Source: a bacterium
Lineage (GTDB): Bacteria; SM23-31
Direction: 5' to 3'
Assembly (NCBI GenBank): GCA_965249485.1
Contig: OZ252239.1
Location: 480,001 to 544,000, forward strand
DNA length: 64,000 nucleotides
Under the pieces are notes generated by a model. It worked only from the letters and a program-made list of their open reading frames with translations. It was not told the origin of the DNA and made no database searches. Numbering within the stretch: position 1 is the stretch's first letter; each line of letters opens with the position of its first letter. Positions 19,597 through 29,765 of the stretch are shown piece by piece. The translations under genes were made by a program, and so were the position numbers.

Positions 19597-21150
19597 TTAT
19601 TTACTGAAAAGCTTTGAAAACAATCCTTTCTTTTCAAGTTTGAATTCCGCCCTGAGCAATTCCATAGCTTGAATTTTTCTTTTACTTTCCAAGACCTGAT
19701 AAAGTTTTCGCGCTTTACCCCTCACTTCTTCTTTCGACAGACCAAAGGTTTTTGTAATCTGTGCTGCTTTTGCAAACTCATTTTTTTCAAGTCTTTTGTC
19801 GAATAATTCCCATGCAACACCTTTCATTTTTTCAGGGCTCACTTTAAAATCTTTACCAAAAATAAGTGCCCGTTCCAGAAGCTTATTTCGGATAAATTCT
19901 TCGAATACTTCATTTATAATCGGCTGAATCGAATCCATATTCAGATCAAATTCTTTCAGAAGCATTTTTGCTACTTCAAACTTGGCATCCTTTAGCTTTC
20001 TTACTATTGATTTAATAATAGGCGGATTACACTTCTCCGGTGACAGTTGAAACTCAGAAATAATCGCTTTCGCCATCTTCAGGCTTTCTCTGCTGATATG
20101 GTATTCAAACAGTTCAAGTGCAGGTCCGCTGATTTCCTCAGTCGGAATGGAAAATAGATGGTATAACTCAATACCACGGTCAAGATTTTTTGTCTGAAGT
20201 TTCGATTTTATTATCGGAACAATAATAGGATTAACAATTACATCGCTGATCTGAAAAGTTTTTTGAAGTTCCGCAGCTTGTTCAAATTTACCAGCATTAA
20301 CGTTGTTAATTAATGTTTCATTAATTTTATCATCAATATTACTATCCTTAATCTTGTACTTGTGGATGAGTTCCTGTGCCGGTCGGTATCTGTTCGATTT
20401 CATCTTCAAGGTGAACGCAAGAAATACTGCTTCGTACAGTTTATCCTCATCCATCTTGAATTCTGATGCAATCTCTGCGGCATCTTCATACTCGGCTTTA
20501 CTAATTAAGTGATAATAAATATCTTTGATGCTGTTGCCGACCATATCTTTCTTGAGGCCTAATTCTTGTATTGGCCTGTATGCATCTTCTTTTTTCCCGT
20601 CTTTCATAAGGAGTGTAAAGCTTTCGATAAGTGACGGGGCAATATCGTCTGCGGTGAGATTGAAATCATTTTTGGTAGTTATCGCGGAATCTATTTTGCT
20701 CTTAAAAAGCAATCGTTTAAAAACGGGAGTGATTATATCAAGGTAGTGCTCTTTTTTAAGTTGAAACGTGTTTTTGAGCCGCAGTGCCTCAAGCAGATTT
20801 TCCTCACTTACTCTTTGTTTAAACATTAAGAGCGCCGGTTCATATGCAAGCTGTGTGGGCAGTTTGTACTGTTCGATAATTTTTAACGCAGCATCATATT
20901 TCTTGTCTACGATCTGGATATCATACAGACCAGTCGCGGCCTCAGCAACAATCTTTTTTTCTAGACTAAATTCTTTCGCAACCTGAATAATTTCAGTGTA
21001 ATTTTTTTTCTGCTTGAGCAATTCGACTTCTTTAAGAGCAAACTTTTTTGCCTGTCCTAAATTACCAGCCGTCTTAAAATCCTTTGCCTGAATTATTGCA
21101 GGCTTTCCTTCAGTTTGCTCCTGAGATTTACTTTTTTTCTCGTCAGCCAT
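19597..21150 (-). CDS. Hypothetical alpha-solenoid protein with 14 tandem 34-aa repeats and a C-terminal amphipathic helix
   Basis: Manual alignment gives 14 ungapped 34-aa units ending (F/Y/L)x(L/I/M/V); tail EKKGLFSKLFSK; ATG 2 nt after the thrC stop. Confidence 0.85.
   Translation of the reverse strand: MADEKKSKSQEQTEGKPAIIQAKDFKTAGNLGQAKKFALKEVELLKQKKNYTEIIQVAKEFSLEKKIVAEAATGLYDIQIVDKKYDAALKIIEQYKLPTQLAYEPALLMFKQRVSEENLLEALRLKNTFQLKKEHYLDIITPVFKRLLFKSKIDSAITTKNDFNLTADDIAPSLIESFTLLMKDGKKEDAYRPIQELGLKKDMVGNSIKDIYYHLISKAEYEDAAEIASEFKMDEDKLYEAVFLAFTLKMKSNRYRPAQELIHKYKIKDSNIDDKINETLINNVNAGKFEQAAELQKTFQISDVIVNPIIVPIIKSKLQTKNLDRGIELYHLFSIPTEEISGPALELFEYHISRESLKMAKAIISEFQLSPEKCNPPIIKSIVRKLKDAKFEVAKMLLKEFDLNMDSIQPIINEVFEEFIRNKLLERALIFGKDFKVSPEKMKGVAWELFDKRLEKNEFAKAAQITKTFGLSKEEVRGKARKLYQVLESKRKIQAMELLRAEFKLEKKGLFSKLFSK
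19636..21063 (-). repeat. Protein-level tandem repeat array, 14 x 34 aa (102-nt period, diverged at DNA level)
   Basis: e.g. KDSNIDDKINETLINNVNAGKFEQAAELQKTFQI / SPEKMKGVAWELFDKRLEKNEFAKAAQITKTFGL; 31+476+12 = 519 aa matches the ORF length from TTG 21156. Confidence 0.85.
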
Positions 21151-21152
21151 GT

Positions 21153-22340
21153 TCAATTTCTGTTTCGATTATACATATATTTTCCGATAGTATCGGTATA
21201 TTTTAAACCACTTCCGGTAAGAAACAGGACAACGGTATCAGAATGCTTTAGGTAACCCGTTGCTGTGAGTTTTTGTGCCGCGGCAAATGCTGCTCCCCCT
21301 TCCGGGGCAGAAAAAATCCCGGTTAGGGCTCCAATTGTACACGTCCCGTTGAGGAGTTCTTCATCGGTAATTGTTACTGCCGTACCACCGCTTTTCCTGA
21401 TTATATCAAGCATGAGAAAGTCTCCAACAGCTTTCGGAACACGAAGACCGGCAGCAACGGTTTCGGGATTGTCCCACTCTTCCGCATGGTCGCTTCCAAT
21501 CTGATATGCTTTTACTATCGGAGCACACCCCTCTGCCTGTACTGAAATCATACGGGGTCTATTCGATGATATCCATCCCATTCGCTCAAGCTCATCAAAC
21601 GCTTTCCACATCCCGATCAGCCCCGTTCCGCCTCCGGTGGGATAGATTATGACATCCGGCAGTGTCCAGTCCAGCTGCTCTGCAAGTTCAAACCCCATCG
21701 TTTTTTTCCCTTCGACACGGTAAGGTTCTTTCAGGGTCGACACATCGTACCAAGACTCGTCGATAATAGTTTTTAAATACTCTCCCGCATCTGCAATACT
21801 TCCGTCGACCATCTCTAAACGGGCACCAAGTGCTGCCGCTTCTGCTTTAAAGGTTTCAGGTGTTGTGCGCGGCATTGTTATGAGAACATCCATGCCACCA
21901 AGTGCGCCATATGCCGCTGCAGCTCCACCGGCATTTCCGGCTGTTGGCAAACATATTTTCGATATGCCGAGTTCTTTTGCCTTTGAAATTGCTGCGCTTT
22001 GACCTCGTGCCTTGAACGATCCGGTCGGATTTAACGATTCGTCCTTGAGAAGCAATCTGTCAATACCTGCTTCTTTTCCCAGCCGGGGTGCGTTAACGAG
22101 CGGTGTAAAACCTTCACCAAGTGTCAGAATATTTTTTGCATCAGTAACGGGAAGAAGTTCTCGATAACGCCACATCGTATGCGGCCTGGTTTTTAAATTA
22201 TTCTTTGTTACGTGTGTTTTAATTTTATCAAGATCGTACCGTACAAAAAGGGGAGCGCCGCACGAACACAAAAAGATCGGTTGTTCGTCCGAATAGGCCT
22301 TGTTGCACCGGGTGCATTCTATTTTTGTAAGATATTTCAT
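21153..22340 (-). CDS. thrC: Threonine synthase
   Basis: N-terminal CxxC...CxC, MWRYRELLP, LGEGFTPL, NPTGSFKARG (PLP Lys), PTGGGTG. Confidence 0.9.
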   Translation of the reverse strand: MKYLTKIECTRCNKAYSDEQPIFLCSCGAPLFVRYDLDKIKTHVTKNNLKTRPHTMWRYRELLPVTDAKNILTLGEGFTPLVNAPRLGKEAGIDRLLLKDESLNPTGSFKARGQSAAISKAKELGISKICLPTAGNAGGAAAAYGALGGMDVLITMPRTTPETFKAEAAALGARLEMVDGSIADAGEYLKTIIDESWYDVSTLKEPYRVEGKKTMGFELAEQLDWTLPDVIIYPTGGGTGLIGMWKAFDELERMGWISSNRPRMISVQAEGCAPIVKAYQIGSDHAEEWDNPETVAAGLRVPKAVGDFLMLDIIRKSGGTAVTITDEELLNGTCTIGALTGIFSAPEGGAAFAAAQKLTATGYLKHSDTVVLFLTGSGLKYTDTIGKYMYNRNRN

Positions 22341-22410
22341 GGAGAGAGTGTAGAAGTTGGAGCCGGAACCAGCTCATTCATTGTCGGTATTTTTTGCATG
22401 TGATAATCAA

Positions 22411-23859
22411 TTAGGTTTTCAATGCGTCCAGTTTTCCCCTTAATAGTGAATTGACAACTCCCGGATTAGCCTTTCCCTGTGTTGCTTTCATTATTTGTCC
22501 GATAAAGAATCCAAAAAGCCTATCCTTACCATTGAGATATTCACTTATTTCTTTTTCATGCTGTTGCAGTATATCTTCTATCACCTGTTCTATCGATGAG
22601 GAGTCCGAAATCTGCTCCAGCCCTTTTTTCTTGATAATCTCATTCGGATGATCACCGCATTCCACCATTTTTGCAAAGACATCTTTGGCGATTTTACCAC
22701 TGATTGTGCTGTTTTCAATCAGACGAAGCAGATCGGCAATGTCTTTCGGTGAAACTGAAAACTCATCTATCGACAGCTTTTGTTCTTTGAGCACCATCAA
22801 TACTTCACTGAGTATCCAATTGCTCAGTTTTTTGTAGTCCTTCGTATGTGTTGCTGCATTTTCAAAATAGTCTGCAAGCTCGTGTGTTGATGTTAAAACA
22901 TCGGCATTCTGTTCCGGAAGCAGATAATCGGTTATAAGCCGTTCTTTTTTTGCACGCGGAAGTTCGGGTATACTCTCCTGAATCTGCTGCATCCATGCAT
23001 CATCGATTATAACAGGAATCAGATCCGGTTCAGGAAAATATCGGTAATCATCGGATCCTTCTTTTGTTCGCAATTGGATTACAGTGTTTGAAGCAGCGTC
23101 CCATGCAAGCGTCTGCTGCTGAATCTGCTCTCCGTTTTTAAGCAGTGCTGTCTGGCGTTCAATTTCATATTCGAGCGCTTTTTCAACATAACGGAATGAA
23201 TTAAGATTTTTCAGCTCGGTCTTAACGCCTAATTTCGATATGGTTTCCGGCCTGACCGATATATTTGCGTCACAACGCAGGCTTCCTTCCTCCATGTTGC
23301 AATCACTAACACCGAGATAGAGGAGAGTCTGCTTCAAACGTGTCAAATATTCAAACGCTTCCGCAGGTGAGTCCATATCAGGTTCGGAAACAATTTCAAT
23401 TAAGGGGATACCACATCGATTAATGTCGATTCTGCTCTCATGGACTGCCTCACTACCTTCAGGATGTATCGATTTTCCCGCATCTTCTTCAAGGTGTATT
23501 CTTGTAATCCCTATCGTCTTCCAAAAACCGTTCACCGGTATATCGAGACTTCCGTTTGTCGAGAGCGGTTCCTCGAACTGAGATATCTGATACCCTTTCG
23601 GGAGATCGGGATAGAAATAATTTTTTCGTGCAAAAATCGATTCTTTGTAGACCGTACAGTTTAATGCGAGCGCAGTTTTCATTGCGAGTTCGATTACTTT
23701 TTTATTGACGACCGGTAAAACACCCGGTAATCCGAGACACACTGGACATACATCAGTATTTTGTTCGTTTCCGTATGCATTTGCACAGGTGCAGAATATT
23801 TTCGAGTTCGTACGCAGTTGGCAGTGAACTTCGAGTCCGATAGTTGGAATATACTTCAT
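22411..23859 (-). CDS. gatB: Asp/Glu-tRNA amidotransferase subunit B
   Basis: IGLEVH, RKNYFYPDLPKGYQISQ, HLEEDAGK, EGSLRCDANIS, DYRYFPEPD. Confidence 0.98.
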   Translation of the reverse strand: MKYIPTIGLEVHCQLRTNSKIFCTCANAYGNEQNTDVCPVCLGLPGVLPVVNKKVIELAMKTALALNCTVYKESIFARKNYFYPDLPKGYQISQFEEPLSTNGSLDIPVNGFWKTIGITRIHLEEDAGKSIHPEGSEAVHESRIDINRCGIPLIEIVSEPDMDSPAEAFEYLTRLKQTLLYLGVSDCNMEEGSLRCDANISVRPETISKLGVKTELKNLNSFRYVEKALEYEIERQTALLKNGEQIQQQTLAWDAASNTVIQLRTKEGSDDYRYFPEPDLIPVIIDDAWMQQIQESIPELPRAKKERLITDYLLPEQNADVLTSTHELADYFENAATHTKDYKKLSNWILSEVLMVLKEQKLSIDEFSVSPKDIADLLRLIENSTISGKIAKDVFAKMVECGDHPNEIIKKKGLEQISDSSSIEQVIEDILQQHEKEISEYLNGKDRLFGFFIGQIMKATQGKANPGVVNSLLRGKLDALKT

Positions 23860-23899
23860 GATTGGAAATCAACTATTAATGGATTCGTATCTTTTGTTA

Positions 23900-25312
23900 T
23901 TATTGCATTTCGAGATATTTCCCGAGTTTGAGCAGCGTTACTTCATCAAAGTGTTTCCCGATCATCTGCAAACCGATCGGAAGGCCGAATGAGGTTTTCC
24001 CACAAGGCACAACCAGACCGGGAAGACCAGCAAGATTGACGGGAATAGTATAAACATCTCCCAGATACATTTCAAGTGGATTATCGATTTTCTCTCCGAT
24101 TTTATATGCAGGAGTCGTGGTTGTTGGCGTGATCAGCACATCGAAACTGTTGAAAACATTCTTGAAATCCTGATAGACGAGTCTTCTCACTTTTTGCGCT
24201 TTTCGGTAATAAGCATCATAGTAGCCCGCACTTAAAACGTAGGTTCCGAGAATAATTCGGCGTTTTACTTCGTCTCCAAATCCGTCACTTCTGCTTGCAA
24301 TATACATCTCCAGCAAGTTTGAGGCGTCTTTATTCCGATATCCATACCGGGCGCCGTCATACCGCGCGAGATTCGATGAAGCTTCTGCATTTGCTATGAT
24401 GTAGTAGGCCGCAACAGAATAGGATGTATGCGGTAGAGAAACCTCACCGATAGTAAATCCATCAGATTTCAATTTTTCTATGGTATCCATTACAGCAGTT
24501 TTAATTTCAGGATCGAGTCCTTCACCGAAATAATCTGAAGGAATTCCGATTCTGATATTTTTAATGTTATCGAGCTTTTCGAGCTCACCAGGATAGTCGG
24601 GTACGGAAGTTTCAACCGATGTCGAGTCTCGGTGGTCGTGCCCTGCAATAACTTTTAATAACTCTGCAACATCTTCAACTGATTTTCCGAGCGGGCCGAT
24701 CTGGTCCAGCGAGGATGCGAATGCAATGAGGCCATAGCGTGAGATTCTACCGTATGTCGGCTTTAATCCGACCACACCGCAAAATGCGGCTGGCTGCCTG
24801 ATTGAGCCGCCGGTATCGGTCCCGAGTGAGACCGAAACCAGGTCTGCTGCAACGGCTGCAGCTGATCCACCGCTTGAGCCGCCGGGGACCCTCTCAGGAT
24901 CTACCGGATTACGCACAGGCCCAAAATAAGAGTTTTCATTTGATGAACCCATGGCGAATTCATCCATATTCAGCTTGCCGACAATGACGGCTCCTGCTGC
25001 CTCAAGCCGTTCAATTGCAGTTGCACTGTATGGAGAGACAAAGTTTTCTAAAATACGCGAACCGCAGGTGACTTTTTTCCCTTTTATACAGAGAATATCT
25101 TTAATTCCGATGACACAACCTGCAAGAGGGGGTTCCTCCCCCGTTTTTATTCTGTCATCGACGGCTTGTGCTTGCTTCAAACAATCATCGTTGAAAACAT
25201 CTAAGAAAATGTTATACTGATCGTTTTTCTCTATTCGGCCTAAAGCCTCTCGGGCCAATTGTTCGCATGTTGTTTCACCATTAATAACAGAGCGACGTAA
25301 ATGTTTCAGCAT
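23900..25312 (-). CDS. gatA: Asp/Glu-tRNA amidotransferase subunit A
   Basis: GKLNMDEFAMGSS, GGSSGGS, GTDTGGSIRQPA, SSNLARYDG, GTYVLSAGYYDAYY. Confidence 0.98.
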   Translation of the reverse strand: MLKHLRRSVINGETTCEQLAREALGRIEKNDQYNIFLDVFNDDCLKQAQAVDDRIKTGEEPPLAGCVIGIKDILCIKGKKVTCGSRILENFVSPYSATAIERLEAAGAVIVGKLNMDEFAMGSSNENSYFGPVRNPVDPERVPGGSSGGSAAAVAADLVSVSLGTDTGGSIRQPAAFCGVVGLKPTYGRISRYGLIAFASSLDQIGPLGKSVEDVAELLKVIAGHDHRDSTSVETSVPDYPGELEKLDNIKNIRIGIPSDYFGEGLDPEIKTAVMDTIEKLKSDGFTIGEVSLPHTSYSVAAYYIIANAEASSNLARYDGARYGYRNKDASNLLEMYIASRSDGFGDEVKRRIILGTYVLSAGYYDAYYRKAQKVRRLVYQDFKNVFNSFDVLITPTTTTPAYKIGEKIDNPLEMYLGDVYTIPVNLAGLPGLVVPCGKTSFGLPIGLQMIGKHFDEVTLLKLGKYLEMQ

Positions 25313-25448
25313 GTTTTTCTACGTATATACAAGATTGAAAAACTGTGAGGTTCAATTCCTGAATCTAATATGTACAGAATTTCTGGAATTGTTCGTGAGT
25401 TTCAAAACTACCGGACATAATGAAGAGTATTCGTAAACGGAAGAGTAC

Positions 25449-25649
25449 TTATTGCTGGTTTTTCGAAGAAGAGTTATCCTCTATTTCACCGCTTACATCA
25501 ACATCTTTCTCAAGCTCATTCGTTGCTTTCTTGAACTCCCGGATTCCCTTACCCAGACCTCTTGCTAATTCAGGAAGTTTTTTACCCCCGAAAATTAGTA
25601 AAAGGGCCAGAAAGATAACTATTATTTCTGTATGGCCTAAACCAAACAT
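25449..25649 (-). CDS. tatA: Twin-arginine translocase TatA
   Basis: TM followed by [21 protein letters not shown]. Confidence 0.93.
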   Translation of the reverse strand: MFGLGHTEIIVIFLALLLIFGGKKLPELARGLGKGIREFKKATNELEKDVDVSGEIEDNSSSKNQQ

Positions 25650-25738
25650 TTTAAGCTCCTTTAGTGAAGCACTGTGCTTATAAAAAGTAATACGTCGTTA
25701 ATTATTTCAATTACTGCATCAATAATATTCAAAAACTG

Positions 25739-25999
25739 CTATCGGTACCATCGAAGTATGTATACTGCTATGGCAATTCCGATGATCCCGGCGATATTTA
25801 ATGTAAAGGTGAATCCGAATGTTAATGAAAATATTTTTAAATTTATAAGCGTCGGAGTAATCTCCATTGATGCCGATCTGAGAAAGAACTCCTTGACGAC
25901 GCCTTCCGGCAGCAAATTTGCCAACTCACCTATTAATGATCCGACAATCGCTCCTAAGAATATATATAAAATCAATATACGATAACGGACATTACGCAT
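25739..25999 (-). CDS. DUF4321-like small membrane protein
   Basis: GAIVGSLIGE...INLKIFSLTFGFTFTLNIAGIIG pattern. Confidence 0.7.
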   Translation of the reverse strand: MRNVRYRILILYIFLGAIVGSLIGELANLLPEGVVKEFFLRSASMEITPTLINLKIFSLTFGFTFTLNIAGIIGIAIAVYILRWYR

Positions 26000-26056
26000 G
26001 TGCTAATCATCTCTCAACATACAAATTTTGTGAACTCCGGCAAGAAGGTACATTTT

Positions 26057-26800
26057 TTATAATTCTTGTTCGTTATCAATTGGGACTTCTACCTTTTCAC
26101 TTGTTTCTTTAAATTTCTGTATTACACCTTCGACGACTTCAATGATAATGTAGAGCATGGTCCATGGAAAGAACCAGATACTCGAATTGATAATAATACT
26201 GACAAAGCCTGCTATATAAAGGGCAGGTTTGATATTTTTCTTCATATTCTTCTGCGGTATGAGCGATGGGATCGGATCAAATTTTATTGACGATACCATA
26301 AGTAGTGATAATACCGGAATAAGCATCAACAGGACATGGACCATCTTAACCGTATCCCAAAAATAATGCGCAAAAAGGATAAATGACGTAATAGCAAGCG
26401 CCGCAACTGGTATGGGAAGTCCTTTATAACTGTTCTTTTTTAGGCTTTTGGTATCAACATTGAACCGTGCAAGACGGAATATTCCAGCCATGATATAAAT
26501 AAAGCAGAAAAACACACCCCACAAACCTGATGTGCTGAAGTTCGATTGATAGACGAGATATGCAGGTGCAACACCGAATGAAATAACATCGGCAAGAGAG
26601 TCTAGTTCTTTTCCAAAGCTTGAGTAAACTTTTGATAGGCGTGCGAGTTTTCCGTCTACAAGATCGCAGAAGATCGCAAACACAAGACACCAGGCTGCTG
26701 TTGAGAAACGGCCGTCCGAAGCATAAATAAGTGCCAGAAATCCTAAAAAGACATTGGTCAACGTAAAAAAATTTGGCAATGCTGAACGTTTATTCTTCAT
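26057..26800 (-). CDS. pssA: CDP-diacylglycerol--serine O-phosphatidyltransferase
   Basis: PNFFTL.N, DLVDGKLAR...S.FGKELDSLADVISFG, RLARFN; start placed at ATG 26800 overlapping the psd stop. Confidence 0.92.
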   Translation of the reverse strand: MKNKRSALPNFFTLTNVFLGFLALIYASDGRFSTAAWCLVFAIFCDLVDGKLARLSKVYSSFGKELDSLADVISFGVAPAYLVYQSNFSTSGLWGVFFCFIYIMAGIFRLARFNVDTKSLKKNSYKGLPIPVAALAITSFILFAHYFWDTVKMVHVLLMLIPVLSLLMVSSIKFDPIPSLIPQKNMKKNIKPALYIAGFVSIIINSSIWFFPWTMLYIIIEVVEGVIQKFKETSEKVEVPIDNEQEL

Positions 26801-27443
26801 CTGTATATCTTCCCAGCACGGATATTCCACCCCGTACTTTTTGTCTTAATTTGATACAAACTTCTGTATTGAGTGGCACAAGCACATCAACACGTGACCC
26901 AAACTTGATGAGACCACACCGTTCACCCTGATTGACTGACTTCCCTACTTCGGCAGTACAGACAATTCTTCGTGCAATGAGTCCGGCGATCTGCTTGAAC
27001 AATACTTTCCGCGTTCCGTTTTCGATTCCGATAATTGTCTGTTCGTTTATCGTAGAAGCCTCTTCCTTAAGAGCCGCTTTAAACTGTCCAGGCAAATATT
27101 TGAAGAAGACTATTCTACCGCTGCAGGGATACCGATTGATGTGCACATCAAACACGGTTAAAAAGACCGAAATTCTTCTAATTTTTGCCTGGAAGAATTC
27201 CGATTCTTCTTCCTCTTCTATTGCAACAACAAATCCGTCTCCGGGCGAGAGAATTGCGTTTTTTTCGGTTACGATTTTCCGTTCAGGATCTCGAAAAAAA
27301 AATGCAAAAAACAAAAGTGCCAACGCACACAGTGCCGCACACAACAATAAAATGTTATTATTGAGCAGGACACCAGCAATGCTGATAATAATCCCTGTTA
27401 TACCGCTCCAAGCTACATACTTTATTCCATCCCGTGCCATCAC
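26790..27443 (-). CDS. psd: Phosphatidylserine decarboxylase proenzyme
   Basis: FFRDPER, SPGDG, DVHINR, QIAGLIARRI, KFGSRVD (autocleavage GS). Confidence 0.95.
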   Translation of the reverse strand: MMARDGIKYVAWSGITGIIISIAGVLLNNNILLLCAALCALALLFFAFFFRDPERKIVTEKNAILSPGDGFVVAIEEEEESEFFQAKIRRISVFLTVFDVHINRYPCSGRIVFFKYLPGQFKAALKEEASTINEQTIIGIENGTRKVLFKQIAGLIARRIVCTAEVGKSVNQGERCGLIKFGSRVDVLVPLNTEVCIKLRQKVRGGISVLGRYTDEE

Positions 27444-27624
27444 AGTATCGTCAGCTAACCTGCATATATATTTAACAAATTAAGACGTGGAAATAACCTC
27501 TTCAGATTCAATAAGATATTCGTTATCGAAATGAAACGCAAGAAAAATCTTGTTCTATCTTCGGAAGATCTGTCCCCGTTTTAATGTTAAAATGCATCAT
27601 CTATACTCGCAATCAATCGATTTG

Positions 27625-28332
27625 TTACGCCTTCAGAATCCGATCTGTAAGTATAGTGTAAACTTTATCGGCACCTCCGGCCCCCTTGCTTAAGCGACTT
27701 ATATCCATTTTTTTATTTGTTTCAGCATCCCAGAGTATGCAAGTGTCTAACGACAACTCATCTGCAAGAATTGTTCTGTCTTCGTGCCTTCCAAATTCGA
27801 GTGAAAAATTCGCTAAAATGAATGTCCGCCTTTGAAAATAGGAGCGGAGAACCGCATTGACTTTAATTGCAAGTTTTGAAAGTGCATCTATCTCTTCACT
27901 GGTTGCAATTTCCAATGCATAAGCGTGGTATTCGTTTATCAGCGGATCTTTGAGTTTTTCATCTTTAAGATAGAACTCTATAACAGGCGTTTTCAATTCT
28001 GTCCCTTCGGCAAATCCAAACCGTTTACCAAAATCTCCAGTAGCGATATTGTGGACAACAACATTTATTCCGATTATCTCAACTTTTTTTACACGCAACT
28101 CGGTGTCACCCGTTTTTTCGATAAAATGGTTTGGAACATTGTAGCCGTCCAAATATTGAAACAGGTGTGCCGATATTTCAGCATTTATCGAGCCTTTTCC
28201 TTTGATTGTACTCTTTTTACTCCCGTCAGATGAGGCCACATCATCTTTAAATTTTAAACTGATTTCATCTTCTTTATCGGTTTGAAGCGCAATTTTTGTT
28301 CTGCCTTCGAATAGTATTGACTTTTTACTCAA
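27625..28332 (-). CDS. purC: SAICAR synthetase (PurC)-like protein with degenerate substrate site
   Basis: Colinear with PurC (EGxxK, GKG..N, NHF, EFYLKD..DP, LEFG, LADE..DTC.LWD) but many invariant residues are changed; TTG start with a strong GGGAGG SD; directly after purB. Confidence 0.8.
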   Translation of the reverse strand: MSKKSILFEGRTKIALQTDKEDEISLKFKDDVASSDGSKKSTIKGKGSINAEISAHLFQYLDGYNVPNHFIEKTGDTELRVKKVEIIGINVVVHNIATGDFGKRFGFAEGTELKTPVIEFYLKDEKLKDPLINEYHAYALEIATSEEIDALSKLAIKVNAVLRSYFQRRTFILANFSLEFGRHEDRTILADELSLDTCILWDAETNKKMDISRLSKGAGGADKVYTILTDRILKA

Positions 28333-28450
28333 AACATCCTCCCATCTTGAATGGTTCGAATGGTATGATTCGTTCTTCTATTCACCATTCCATGATCCTG
28401 ATAATTGCTATATTCCTCAGCCATAATCGTGATAGTGTATTGCATTTTAT

Positions 28451-29743
28451 CTAAAGGCCAGCTCTGGTGAAGATATAATCGATATTTCTTGTGAACCGGT
28501 CCATAGAGAAGCAGGACTCTATTTCCTCACAACTCAGCAGATTGAGCACGTCTCTATCTTCTTTCAGATTTTCTTTAAAGCTTGAACCGGTCTCACGTGC
28601 TTTCATAGCGTTTCTTTGTACCAACTCATAGGCTTCCTCACGTGTAATCCCTTTGTCGGTGAGCGTAAGCAATACTCCTTGAGCTTGAATCAGCTCCGCA
28701 ACGCTATTGAGATTTCTTTCCATATTTTCGGGATACACGCGCATATTTTGGACAATACTGATAAATTTCGTCATCATATAATAGATAAGGTTCGTGCTGT
28801 CAGGCAGGATAACCCGCTCAACTGACGAGTGTGATATGTCTCTCTCATGCCACAGTGCAATATTCTCAAATGCGGCAATAGCATTTGCTCTGAGGAGACG
28901 TGCCATACCTGAGATGCGCTCGGTTATAATCGGATTCCGTTTCTGCGGCATCGCAGATGAGCCTTTCTGTTTTTTGCTAAATGGCTCTTCAACTTCATTA
29001 ATTTCTGTTCGTTGGAGATTGCGTATTTCGGTACTAAACTTTTCAAGGGATCCGGCAAGAATAGCAAGAACACTGAGATATTCTGCATGCCGGTCTCGCT
29101 GAATGATCTGGTTTGATACCGGGGCAGGTTTCAGAGATAATTCTTCGCAGACAAGCCGCTCAATTTCGGGATTGATGTAGGCAAAGGTTCCGACTGCTCC
29201 TGATATTTTCGCGTAGGAAATCTGTTCAACTGCATGTTCAAAGCGCTCACGGGAACGTTTGAGCTCGGTGTACCACAATGCAAGTTTCAGACCGAAGGTT
29301 ATCGGTTCAGCAGCAACATTGTGTGTTCTTCCCAGCATGAGCTGGTATTTATACTCACACGCACGCTTACCAACCGCTTCGATCAGTTCGTCCAGCTTCG
29401 ATATAATCAATTTTCCGGCATCCCGACACTGGAGTGCGAGCGTAGTGTCCAGAAGGTCGGACGAAGTCATGCCGACATGGACATAGCGCGATTCGGGACC
29501 GATATATTCCGCCATATTTGTCAGAAATGCAATGACATCGTGATGAATTTCAGCTTCAATTTCATTAATTTTCTTAGCGGAAAAATCTGCTTTTTCTTCG
29601 ATTACCCGGAGTGCTTCCTCAGGAACATTACCGAGTTTCGCTTGTGCTCTGCATGCCGCAATCTCAACCATTTTCCAGTAGCGGAACCGATTGTCATCTT
29701 TCCAAATGTCATCTATTTCAGACACCGTGTACCGTTCAATCAT
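28451..29743 (-). CDS. purB: Adenylosuccinate lyase
   Basis: MIERY, HDVIAF, H.GMTSSD, GRTH, KISGAVG, GSSAMPQKRNP, LWHERDISHSS. Confidence 0.97.
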   Translation of the reverse strand: MIERYTVSEIDDIWKDDNRFRYWKMVEIAACRAQAKLGNVPEEALRVIEEKADFSAKKINEIEAEIHHDVIAFLTNMAEYIGPESRYVHVGMTSSDLLDTTLALQCRDAGKLIISKLDELIEAVGKRACEYKYQLMLGRTHNVAAEPITFGLKLALWYTELKRSRERFEHAVEQISYAKISGAVGTFAYINPEIERLVCEELSLKPAPVSNQIIQRDRHAEYLSVLAILAGSLEKFSTEIRNLQRTEINEVEEPFSKKQKGSSAMPQKRNPIITERISGMARLLRANAIAAFENIALWHERDISHSSVERVILPDSTNLIYYMMTKFISIVQNMRVYPENMERNLNSVAELIQAQGVLLTLTDKGITREEAYELVQRNAMKARETGSSFKENLKEDRDVLNLLSCEEIESCFSMDRFTRNIDYIFTRAGL

Positions 29744-29765
29744 TTCTGCTTTCTCTCCTCATTTT

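Noticed and set aside
22411..25312. gatA-gatB without gatC
   Set aside because: gatC is frequently unlinked; no remnant is visible and nothing can be concluded from this window
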